DNA of 64,000 nucleotides from Bdellovibrionales bacterium (lineage in GTDB: Bacteria > Bdellovibrionota > Bdellovibrionia > Bdellovibrionales > JAUICD01), in NCBI GenBank assembly GCA_965203275.1, contig OZ241865.1:1568001-1632000 (forward strand), in the 5' to 3' direction. The position numbers and the translations under genes are program-made. How positions within the stretch are numbered: the first letter of the stretch is position 1; each line of letters opens with the position of its first letter. The notes under the pieces were generated by a model. That model did no database searches and had not been told where the DNA came from. It saw only the letters and a list, made by a program, of their open reading frames with translations. Below are positions 41,075 to 51,700 of the stretch, in pieces.

Positions 41075-43138
41075 ATGGAACAAGCAGGTATTTTTGGAGT
41101 GGGTGTTTTAGCACCTTTAGCTGGAATTATTGGACTTTTAGTTGCTGGTATACTGTATCAGATGATTATAAAAGCCTCACCTGGAACAGATAAAATGAAG
41201 GCTATAGGGGATGAAATTCATGCTGGAGCTATGGCCTTTTTGAAAGCAGAATATACTATTTTAGCTTTTTTTGTTCTTTTAGTGGCAATTCTTTTAGGTT
41301 TTAATTTTAACTTATCAACATCTTTAGCTTTTATTTCTGGGGCTGTGGCTTCTGGCCTAGCTGGTTGGCTAGGCATGAAGGCTGCGACTCAAGCAAATGT
41401 ACGTACGGCCAATGCTGCAAAAGAGCAAGGGCAGGCAGCAAGTCTTAATATGGCATTTCAAGGAGGAGGAGTCATGGGGCTTTCTGTTGCTAGCTTAGGA
41501 CTTCTAGGACTTGGCATTTTGTTTTATTTTTTTGGTAGGGACCCTGCTACGGCTAATGTTATCTCTGGCTTTTCTATTGGAGCATCTTCTATTGCTTTGT
41601 TTTCTCGTGTAGGGGGAGGCATTTTTACCAAAGCTGCTGATGTAGGCTCTGACCTTGTTGGTAAGGTTGAAGCAGGCATTCCTGAAGACGATCCCCGTAA
41701 CCCTGGTGTTATTGCTGACAATGTAGGGGATAATGTAGGAGATGTAGCTGGTATGGGAGCTGATATTTTTGAATCTTATGTGGGTGCTATGGTGGCATCT
41801 ATTGCCATTGCAGCAACAATGAGTGTAGACAAGATTCATCATTTGGTGTCTATTTCAGACAGCACAGTAGCTCAAGGTCTTTTGCTTTCATTTCCTTTAA
41901 TTTTAGCTATTATAGGACTGTTTGCTTCTTTGTTTGGCATTTTTGGGATGAAAGTTTTTAAATTCCTTCAACCTCAGATGGCATTGACTCTTTCTTCAGT
42001 GGTAGCAGGAGTAGTGTTTTTAGTCCTTACTTGGCTTTATGTGCAAACATCAGGCCTGAGTTCTTATATTTATTTAGCTATTATGACAGGGACTGTTGCA
42101 GGTATTTTGATTGGCAAGGTGACAGAATATTATACAGCTTCTCGCCCTGTTTATAGAATTATGGAAGCTTCCAGAACAGGACCTGCTACAAATATTATTA
42201 CAGGAATGGCTGTGGGTTTAGAGTCGTGTGCTTTGCCATTAGCCTTGATCTCTGGTTCTATTTTAATCTCTTATAACCTTGCAGGATTGTACGGCATTGC
42301 TATGTCGGCTGTGGGGATGTTAGCTACTGTAGGTGTGACAATGACAGTGGATGCTTATGGACCTATTGCTGATAATGCAGGAGGCATTTCAGAAATGTCA
42401 GGGCTAGGCCCTGAGGTGAGAAAGATCACAGATGGATTGGATGCCTTGGGTAATACAACAGCGGCAATTGGTAAGGGCTTTGCGATAGGGTCTGCTGCTT
42501 TGACAGCCCTAGCTCTCTTTGTGGCTTATGCTCAGTCAGTTAATGTTTCTCTTGCAGAGCAAGGCTTGAGTGCTTTATCTATGGATATTTCTGATCCTAA
42601 AGTAGTTGTAGGATTATTTTTAGGAGCTATTGTACCCTTATTAGCAGGAGCTATGACAATGACCTCTGTAGGAAAAGCAGCTTCTCAAATGGTTGCTGAA
42701 ATACGCAGGCAGTTTAAAGAGATTCCAGGGCTTTTAAAGGGCGATGCTAAGCCTGATACTAAAAGATGTGTAGATATTTCTACCAAAGCAGCCCTTAAAG
42801 AAATGATAGCACCAGGGCTGGTGGCTGTGATAGCCCCTGTAGCTGTTGGTTTTGGATTAGGTCCTGATGCTTTAGGTGGCATGTTAGCAGGTGCTTTGTT
42901 GGTGGGTGTGGTGATTGCTCTTTTAATGTCCAATGCAGGGGGTGCTTGGGACAATGCTAAAAAATATATTGAAAAAGGCAGTTTAAAGGGGGAAGCTAAG
43001 GGCGGAGATGCTCATAAAGCAGCTGTAACTGGTGATACAGTTGGTGATCCCTTTAAGGATACCACAGGCCCTGCCATGAATATTTTAATTAAGTTAATGT
43101 CTATTGTCGCTTTGATCATTGCTCCTTTAATTATTTAA
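41075..43138 (+). CDS. hppA: Membrane ion-translocating pyrophosphatase, K+-dependent type (probably Na+-pumping)
   Basis: [34 protein letters not shown] (Ala variant marks K+ dependence), [10 protein letters not shown]. Confidence 0.97.
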   Translation: MEQAGIFGVGVLAPLAGIIGLLVAGILYQMIIKASPGTDKMKAIGDEIHAGAMAFLKAEYTILAFFVLLVAILLGFNFNLSTSLAFISGAVASGLAGWLGMKAATQANVRTANAAKEQGQAASLNMAFQGGGVMGLSVASLGLLGLGILFYFFGRDPATANVISGFSIGASSIALFSRVGGGIFTKAADVGSDLVGKVEAGIPEDDPRNPGVIADNVGDNVGDVAGMGADIFESYVGAMVASIAIAATMSVDKIHHLVSISDSTVAQGLLLSFPLILAIIGLFASLFGIFGMKVFKFLQPQMALTLSSVVAGVVFLVLTWLYVQTSGLSSYIYLAIMTGTVAGILIGKVTEYYTASRPVYRIMEASRTGPATNIITGMAVGLESCALPLALISGSILISYNLAGLYGIAMSAVGMLATVGVTMTVDAYGPIADNAGGISEMSGLGPEVRKITDGLDALGNTTAAIGKGFAIGSAALTALALFVAYAQSVNVSLAEQGLSALSMDISDPKVVVGLFLGAIVPLLAGAMTMTSVGKAASQMVAEIRRQFKEIPGLLKGDAKPDTKRCVDISTKAALKEMIAPGLVAVIAPVAVGFGLGPDALGGMLAGALLVGVVIALLMSNAGGAWDNAKKYIEKGSLKGEAKGGDAHKAAVTGDTVGDPFKDTTGPAMNILIKLMSIVALIIAPLII

Positions 43139-43233
43139 TTAAATATTTCTTGAAATATTTCTTGTCTAGGGACTTAAAAGTTTGTTAAGTTTCTGTAGGG
43201 ATGATTTTAGTTTATACTAACTTAAGTCAATAA

Positions 43234-44325
<1,092 letters not shown>

Positions 44326-44576
44326 TCTGTACTCTTTGAATAAATCAAAAAAATTGTTGATTGATAGTGCATAATAGGTCACACTTTAAAGATACTTCAA
44401 GAAATCTATAAATGCAGTGAGTTTGTTTAAAGAAGTAGTTACAATGGCAAGCTCATTTAAAATGATAACATTAAATGTGTTAGAGTAGAGGTATCCGAAG
44501 TGATAGCGATCAAAAAAGAAAACTCAAAAAACAATTACATAACAATGTAACACAGGGTGAAGCAAATTAAACATAA

Positions 44577-45275
44577 ATGGTACATTTCAATTGGTTACAA
44601 TTCATTGTAGATCATCATTACCTGCACATAGCTTCAGTGTTATTGGTATCTATTGTCATGCTTGTCACAGCATGGTTTGCTAAAAGGCAAATGATACAAG
44701 CATCCACAGACAATACTGCTTACAAAGCTCCTTGTTCTCATTTTTCTCTTCTTGGATTTTATGAGGTCATTTTAGAGTTTATTTGCCGTCAATTTGATGC
44801 TATTGTAGGTAAGTCCCATCGTAAATTTGTACCATTTTTCACTTTTTTATTTTTATTTATCTTTTTTAATAATTTTTTAGGGTTGCTTCCAGGGTTTACA
44901 CCTGCTACAGATAACTTAAATACCACTTTTGCTATAGGGCTTGTTTCTTTTGCCATCTATAATGTAGTGGGCGTTAAGCAACAAGGGATTATTGAATATA
45001 TAAAGCACTTTATGGGTCCTATCTGGTGGATTGCTCCTTTGTTATTTGCTATTGAGGTGATTTCGCATTTATTCCGTCCATTTACATTAGGGTTACGTCT
45101 GATGGGTAATATGACGGGGGATCACACTGTACTAGGAGCATTTTTAGAGCTTGTACCTGTTGGGGTACCAGTTATTTTCTATGGATTAGGGCTTTTTGTG
45201 TGTGCTGTTCAAGCATTAGTTTTTACGCTACTATCTATGGTGTATGTGGCTATGGCAGTAGCTCATGATCATTAA
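44577..45275 (+). CDS. atpB: ATP synthase Fo subunit a
   Basis: NNFLGLLPG, RPFTLGLRLMGNM, QALVFTLLSMVY. Confidence 0.96.
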   Translation: MVHFNWLQFIVDHHYLHIASVLLVSIVMLVTAWFAKRQMIQASTDNTAYKAPCSHFSLLGFYEVILEFICRQFDAIVGKSHRKFVPFFTFLFLFIFFNNFLGLLPGFTPATDNLNTTFAIGLVSFAIYNVVGVKQQGIIEYIKHFMGPIWWIAPLLFAIEVISHLFRPFTLGLRLMGNMTGDHTVLGAFLELVPVGVPVIFYGLGLFVCAVQALVFTLLSMVYVAMAVAHDH

Positions 45276-45307
45276 AATTAACAATCATTTAATGAAAGGA
45301 GATATAA

Positions 45308-45637
45308 ATGAAAAAAGCAAAAACAATCTTTTTAAATAGAGGATATATCTTAATAGGTTCTTTTATTGTGTTTTTATCAAGCACATTGGCTTTAGCTCAA
45401 GATATGGAATATACCATGGATGCTACTGGGCCAGACTGGAAAGGGGCAGCTATGGCTATTGCCCTTGGGCTAGCTGCCATTGGAGGAGCTTTAGGTCAAG
45501 GCAAAGCTATTAGTGCAGCTCTTGAGGGGATTGCTCGAAATCCTTCAGCACAGGATAAGATTTTTACACCTATGATTTTAGGGTTAGCCTTTATTGAATC
45601 TTTGGTCATCTTTACTCTTGTATATAAATTCTTTTAA
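45308..45637 (+). CDS. atpE: ATP synthase Fo subunit c with N-terminal extension
   Basis: GLAAIGGALGQG, IARNP, LAFIESL. Confidence 0.96.
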   Translation: MKKAKTIFLNRGYILIGSFIVFLSSTLALAQDMEYTMDATGPDWKGAAMAIALGLAAIGGALGQGKAISAALEGIARNPSAQDKIFTPMILGLAFIESLVIFTLVYKFF

Positions 45638-45674
45638 AAGAGGCTCTCTTTTTTGAGTAGTTTAGGAGGTCAAC

Positions 45675-46067
45675 TTGAATTCATGTCCTGGCTGTGGGAA
45701 GAAACCAATTTCTTTATTTAAATGGATTTATCTTTGGAAAGAATCATTGCGTCGACGGTGTCGTCTTTTAAAAGAATCGTTGCAGGCAGAGGACAATTAC
45801 ATAAATTGCAATCATTGTCGTATTCGCTTAAAACGCAATATTTATCATCCTAAAATACTAGCTTACAGTTTGCTAGTTTGTCTTTTAGGTATTGTGCTTG
45901 GTATGAATATAGGCACTATAGTCAATTTATATGATGATCCATTACTTGGTATACTTAGTAGTATAATAATGACAATCTTTTTTATACTTTTCTTAATAAT
46001 TCCCTGTTCAATACTTTCTTACTTTGTGGAAGTTTATGAGAAAGACAATAAAAAGAATCATAATTAG
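45675..46067 (+). CDS. Hypothetical Zn-ribbon plus 2-TM protein
   Basis: CPGC...CNHC and two hydrophobic helices; AGGAGG RBS before TTG. Confidence 0.65.
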   Translation: MNSCPGCGKKPISLFKWIYLWKESLRRRCRLLKESLQAEDNYINCNHCRIRLKRNIYHPKILAYSLLVCLLGIVLGMNIGTIVNLYDDPLLGILSSIIMTIFFILFLIIPCSILSYFVEVYEKDNKKNHN

Positions 46068-46093
46068 TTAAGTTGTAAGGATGGGGGTGAAAA

Positions 46094-46709
46094 CTGATTG
46101 CTTTTTTACAAGGGCAACTTATTCATATTGGCAAAGAATCTATCACTCTTTTAACACAAGGTGTTGGTTATGAGGTTTTTTTACCTCAACAGTCTCTTTA
46201 CTTAAAGTCGATCAACCCTACACGAGCTAAAATTAGAGGTTTCTGTTAGCTTTTGGACTCACACTATTGTAAGAGAAGATGCTTTGGCTTTGTATGGTTT
46301 TTCAACAAAGCAACAAAGGCATTTTTTTGTCTCTTTACTTAAAGTCGATCGCATTGGGCCTAAGATGGCTCTAGGCATTTTGTCATCAAATTTTTCGACA
46401 GATCAGATCATTGCTATGATTCAGTCAAAAGATATAAGAGGTTTAAGTGTTTTGCCCAAAGTAGGCAAAAAAATGGCCGAACAAATCGTCTTTAAATTAA
46501 AAGATCAACTTGTTATGTCTGAAGGGCTACAAACTGAAATAACCTCTCAGAATCAAATGATTGTTTCAACACTATTGAATTTAGGATTTAGAATTCAAGA
46601 CATAGAGAAAGCTCTTTTGCAAATGACTCAAGCAGGTTCTTTGCAAGATAAAATCAAGGCATCTCTAGCCATTTTATCAGGAAATAAAACATCCTCAGGT
46701 GGGCTTTGA
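46094..46709 (+). pseudogene. ruvA: Holliday junction branch-migration protein RuvA, frameshifted
   Basis: CTG-IAFLQGQL...GVGYEVFLP in one frame; TIVREDALALYGF, RIGPKMAL, PKVGKKMAEQIVFKLK in the +1 frame. A 22-nt insertion at 46192-46213 accounts for the shift. Confidence 0.88.
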
Positions 46710-46798
46710 CCTCAGAGTTTTTAATTTCAGGCTTTTATTGGTACAAAACGGCGTTCATAATAGATTTGCTTTATAGAACACATCACATCAAGGTTCGA

Positions 46799-47586
46799 TT
46801 ATTTTCCGGCGATTCGAATAGTATGACCTGGTGAAAATCGATTTTGAGAATCATAACTCCATAATGTCAACTGAAAGACACAACCTGAGTTGACATTATA
46901 AGAGCAAGCTAATGTTGTTCCATCAAAAGTTCCGCATCCAAAGACTTGACTGGAATCTGATAAAATGACATTGCCACTGTTGTCTATGTTGACTTTGTAT
47001 AATCCACCATTTTCATCAATAGAGTTTTTTCTTTCAGACCCGCAAACAAGGGAATAGAAGCTCACTAAACGGACATCTATTTCTGTATCTTCATCTACGT
47101 TTTCTTCTTTTGGATTTTCTTCATCATCCACATCATCATTTTCAATAACTTCTATTGTGGCTTCGTTGACTGCAAGATTAATGGTGTTAAGGGTTTCATC
47201 AACGGCAAAATGGCCGAACAAATGCTAATGCGGGTATCAGCATTGTTTGTTCCAAATGAACATCCATGTAAGGATAAGTTAGCCAATGCATTATTACACT
47301 GCAAATCACTTGGACTATTGCCTTGTGCTTGAATTTGTAAGCTGCTTCCTAATGTAGAACAAAAAGGAAGATCACAACCAGTAATTTCAATACATACAGA
47401 TGGGTCTCTAAAATCTAAAGTAGCCGTACATGTCCCCCGTTGTTGTGAGAGAGTACTTTGAAAGTTATTAACAATATCACTTCCACTTTTCCCACAATTT
47501 TGAAAGGCAACAATCAATACTGAAGAAAAAACAAAAGCTAAGATTAAAACAGGTTTTTCTGATAATCTTTTGATCGTAATATACAT
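46799..47586 (-). pseudogene. FQNC-lipobox Cys-rich lipoprotein, frameshifted
   Basis: Two overlapping ORFs (47152-47610, 46799-47221) fuse into one when 17 nt at 47207-47223 are removed; lipobox IVAFQNC. Confidence 0.75.
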
Positions 47587-47615
47587 ATATATTCCTCCAT
47601 CTATCTTCATAAAAT

Positions 47616-47643
47616 GTATCGGTATGAAATACTTTTTACTTAA
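47616..47643 (-). promoter_or_regulatory. Sigma28 (FliA)-like promoter
   Basis: TTAAG-N15-ACCGATAC upstream of the GGAGGA RBS. Confidence 0.5.
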
Positions 47644-48037
47644 GGATATTTTAAAAAAAATGTTTCAAAATGATAATTGTAAGACACTTAGACATAAGGG
47701 CATATAGATAACACACTGTTATTATTAAGAAAATAAACCGCACCCCATTTTTAGACACAAGGCAGTCAAAAAAGCCAAAAAAGTCAAAAAATAAACATTA
47801 TGACTGACTAATGTCGAAAAGTATTAGGTTAGATAGCCTGATTATAAGGTCATGTTGCCTTTATGCTACTTTAAAGTGACTGGAATTAAACTATCAATAC
47901 AAGTAAAGTCTACATAATCATTAGTAAAACAGCTTTAAAAGGACCATTTTTGTCTAAGAAGATGACCATTTTTGGCATATTATTGAATTTTTGTGTTTAA
48001 AAACCTTATTTTTATTGGTTTTGAGGCTGTAATTTAC

Positions 48038-48053
48038 TGGCATGCCTTTTGCT
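48038..48053 (+). promoter_or_regulatory. Sigma54 -24/-12 promoter
   Basis: TGGCATGCCTTTTGCT (GG-N10-GC), about 60 nt upstream of ORF 48113. Confidence 0.7.
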
Positions 48054-48112
48054 ACTATATAAGTAATAGATATTTTTATAAACAAAAACCTGTATAGAAG
48101 GAATAAATAGAA

Positions 48113-48601
48113 ATGAAGAAATTTAATTTAGTTTTATCCTTATTAATTGTAATGATTGTTATTTCAACTTATTGTTTAGATAGCCTATTTGCTATCCCTA
48201 GACGGCGTTTACCTCGACAAAATGTTACACCTCAAAAACTTTTAAAAGAGTTAGATTTCCCTAATGATGAAAAGAAGTTCTCTGTTCAAAAAATTCAACG
48301 CAGACGTCACGAAAACCTTGCCCTTCTTTATTCTGTTCAGTTTGTTGATAAAGAAGGAGATCGTTATTATATACAAGATGACTATGCTGAGCGTAACTTT
48401 GTATGCCAATCTTTTGGTTTTGGAAAGTCTTTTAACGATATAAGTAATATAAGACATTTGTCTATTCCTGTGGTAGCTTTTGGACAAGCTAATCAAGTAG
48501 TGAAGCTTGTAAGAGGTAATAGGCTTGTTCCTTATAATCAAAATGATCATCGTAGAATCGGTTATATGGACATCTTGCCCTGTCAAATTCATTCTATTTA
48601 A
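48113..48601 (+). CDS. Hypothetical secreted protein
   Basis: Signal peptide MKKFNLVLSLLIVMIVIST; no family recognised. Confidence 0.7.
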   Translation: MKKFNLVLSLLIVMIVISTYCLDSLFAIPRRRLPRQNVTPQKLLKELDFPNDEKKFSVQKIQRRRHENLALLYSVQFVDKEGDRYYIQDDYAERNFVCQSFGFGKSFNDISNIRHLSIPVVAFGQANQVVKLVRGNRLVPYNQNDHRRIGYMDILPCQIHSI

Positions 48602-48707
48602 GAGACAGCAAGAACAACCATTGACTTTCTTAATAAATTCAATATCTTATAACAAAACCTAAAAATCCTAGACTTTAAAGAAAATTTGGACTATAGAAAA
48701 CTTCATT

Positions 48708-51700
48708 ATGAGGTTTTCTAGTTCTAGCTGTAATATAAAGAAATCACTTTTTGTATTTTTATGTTATGGGAGTTTCATTTTGACTCTTAATGGCACGCCT
48801 GTTTATGCTCAAATGCAAAACAAAAATATATCTGATCACAATCATGTCACAAAGGCTTTTTTAGATGAAACAATCAATATAACAAGCCGTGCAGTATCTG
48901 TAAATAATACAGCCAGAGATGTTGAAAATATAACATATATTTCAAATAGGCCATCTCTTCTCTCGTTGCATGCCCTTTTGTCCCTGCTTGTACACTATCA
49001 AATGAATGCAATTATAACTCAAGATCAACCAGGACAATCACAGTTTCAAACACAAGAACTTGATAAATTTATTCCTAGGCTTTTTTTAGCTATTATAAGG
49101 ATGACCACACCTCAGGAGGCATTTTGGGTAAAAAAAGAGCTACAACATGCTTTTGTAAACTTTAAAAATCATTTAAGCCTTGACAGTCAAAGCAGGATTG
49201 AAGCCTATATAAACGATCCTCGCTACATGCAAAAGACTGATGCTCTTCCTTTTTTCTATAGCGAAGATGTTGCAATACAAAAAGGGTTTATTTTTCCTTT
49301 TGAGTCAGACTTTATATTGGGCAATACTTTTCATTACCTTATACAATCTTTTTTCAATATCATAATGCTGACTCAAAAAAATGAAACAAGGCATATAGAG
49401 AACTTGCAGCCTACTCGTACGTCTCTTCTTGTTTTATTTTTACAAATTTATGTAGAAATTAAAATATCTTCTCCTAATGAGTCCTTTTCTCCAGAATCTC
49501 ATCAAATTATTTCTACAAGTCTCTATACTATAAAAAAAATGGCCACAAGATTTGAAATACCTTATCTCTTAAATCTTTTATCTCTTATAACTCCAGAAAG
49601 TCATGTTTATACTCAGACCATAATGTCTGCTGTAAAAAAATTAAATACTCAAAAAATAGCCTGGGGAAGTCCACTACCCCAAATGACTATTTCTAACTCT
49701 CCATTATTAGAACATGTAGTTAGACAACCGTTGCAAGAAAATCAACAAATAATCCTAGCACATACTGCAAATGATGATTTTTTAATAGATAGTTTGCCTT
49801 TAGAAGAGTCTCTTTATCATCTTTTTAACTTACAGAAAAAATTAGATCTAATGGGAATAGAAAAGATAAATATATCTGAGTTACCTGTTTTAGAAGCAGC
49901 TTTGTTTTTATCTATGGAATTAGAAACCCAACCTTTACAGAAAATAAATATTCATCGAGTGAAAGAGATTTTAGAAACCATTGAGTTAAAAGCCACTCCT
50001 GATGATCTGAAAAAGATAGCCTTTTATCTTATACAAGTGGATAAAAAATTAAATATTAACCCACTATCTTTTAGTCCACTTGATAGACGACCACTTAAAT
50101 ATGCTCATTTTTTAATATTTCAAATGATCGGTCGCTTAAGCACCGAACAACAAGACAATATTCAGGTTCAACAAAGCATAATATCCTATTTCACTTCGTT
50201 GAGGGATAAGTGGGAAAAGACGAACCCAAAATCCCCCGTAAATATCTATTTAGATTCTTTGGAACAAAGAACAAATCAAAAATCTACAGTATCTCCCTCT
50301 ATAGAAAACGACTCAGGTGATAGAATACAAACTGTTGAAAAACATCTTAAGGATCATCTTAAAGGACAACCTGAAGTTATTCAAAGAATCCTACAAATTG
50401 AAACTCAAAGATCTATTTTTGGTCACTTAGGTTCTCAAGGGCTTACTTTAAAGTTTATGGGACTTCCAGGTGTGGGTAAGGACACAGCAGCAAAGGCATG
50501 GATTGATGGGATTCATAATAAGAAGGGAGCTTGGCAAGAACAACAACATTTATTAAGTGTACCTCCTATCAGAAATTCAATGGATATGAGAGAGTATATT
50601 GGTTCTAGTCCAGGTTATATAGATTCCAATGACTTGCCTATTTTGATTAACTTTTTGGTACAACATTCAGGTGGAAAGTATTTAATTGTAAGTAGCAAGG
50701 ATCTTTCTGTTGATAGAACAGCTTCACATAATTCATCATCCTCTACTGAAAAACCATGGTATGTCATCCTCAATCCTGAATGGCAAGGTCAAAATTTACC
50801 AGGTCATTACACTCCAGATCAAGGAATTGTGTTTCTTAATGATGTACATGACTGGAGCAAAAATGGACGTAACTTTATAAAAACTTTTTTAGAAGAAGGC
50901 CGTATTCGCATAGCCAATTCAGGGACTCTGCCAGGTGCTGGCTATAAAAATCTCCCTGCTATTTTTGTCAATGAAATTATAGTTCCTATTATAAGAATTG
51001 AAGCCAGCAATGAGCTATCCTATCTTATTGCTAGCAATCGACGAGTAGATGGCACTTATACTGGAAGTCCTTTATCAGAAAAAGCTCTTATGGATAACTG
51101 GCAAAGGGTTCACAAAGATTATACACTACTGAGAAAATCCTTATTAGATGAAGGTGTTGCCCGTTCTTCTGTAGGTGCAGGTGAGCATCTTGCTTTTGGT
51201 GTATCTCAAGAATATCTTGATCGTTTCAATGATGCAGACTTGCTTTTGTTCCGTCCACTTACATCTAAAACTGTCAGGGAGATACTCTTACAAGAAATAC
51301 ACTTTTTAGTTGATGAACTCAAAGCCAGCAAAACAAAATTTGCTAATATTGAGTGGCAATTTTCAGAAGACCTCATCACTTTTATACAAAATTGGCAACA
51401 AGAAGCTGATAAAAGTGCAAGATTTTTGAAAGCAAAAAAAGAGAGCTTTCTTCGGGCGAGTATAGTAGAAGCTGTAAGTCAAGGCCATCTAGTAGCAAAA
51501 GAAGAACCTATTACAATTTCTCTTGATATAAAAGAAAATAAAGATGGTACATCTAGTTTAAGTTTTTTACAATCTAACGGATTATCTTATGAAGTTTTTA
51601 TAAAAGAAACTCAAATCAATAAACACAAAGAGATTCTCTCCACGCAAAAAATGCAACATTTGTATAGCTTAGGTCATAGACTCTCTCAACATGTTTTTGG

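Noticed and set aside
44577..45637. atpBE without the F1 genes as an anomaly
   Set aside because: Split ATP synthase operons are normal in Bdellovibrionota and former deltaproteobacteria.
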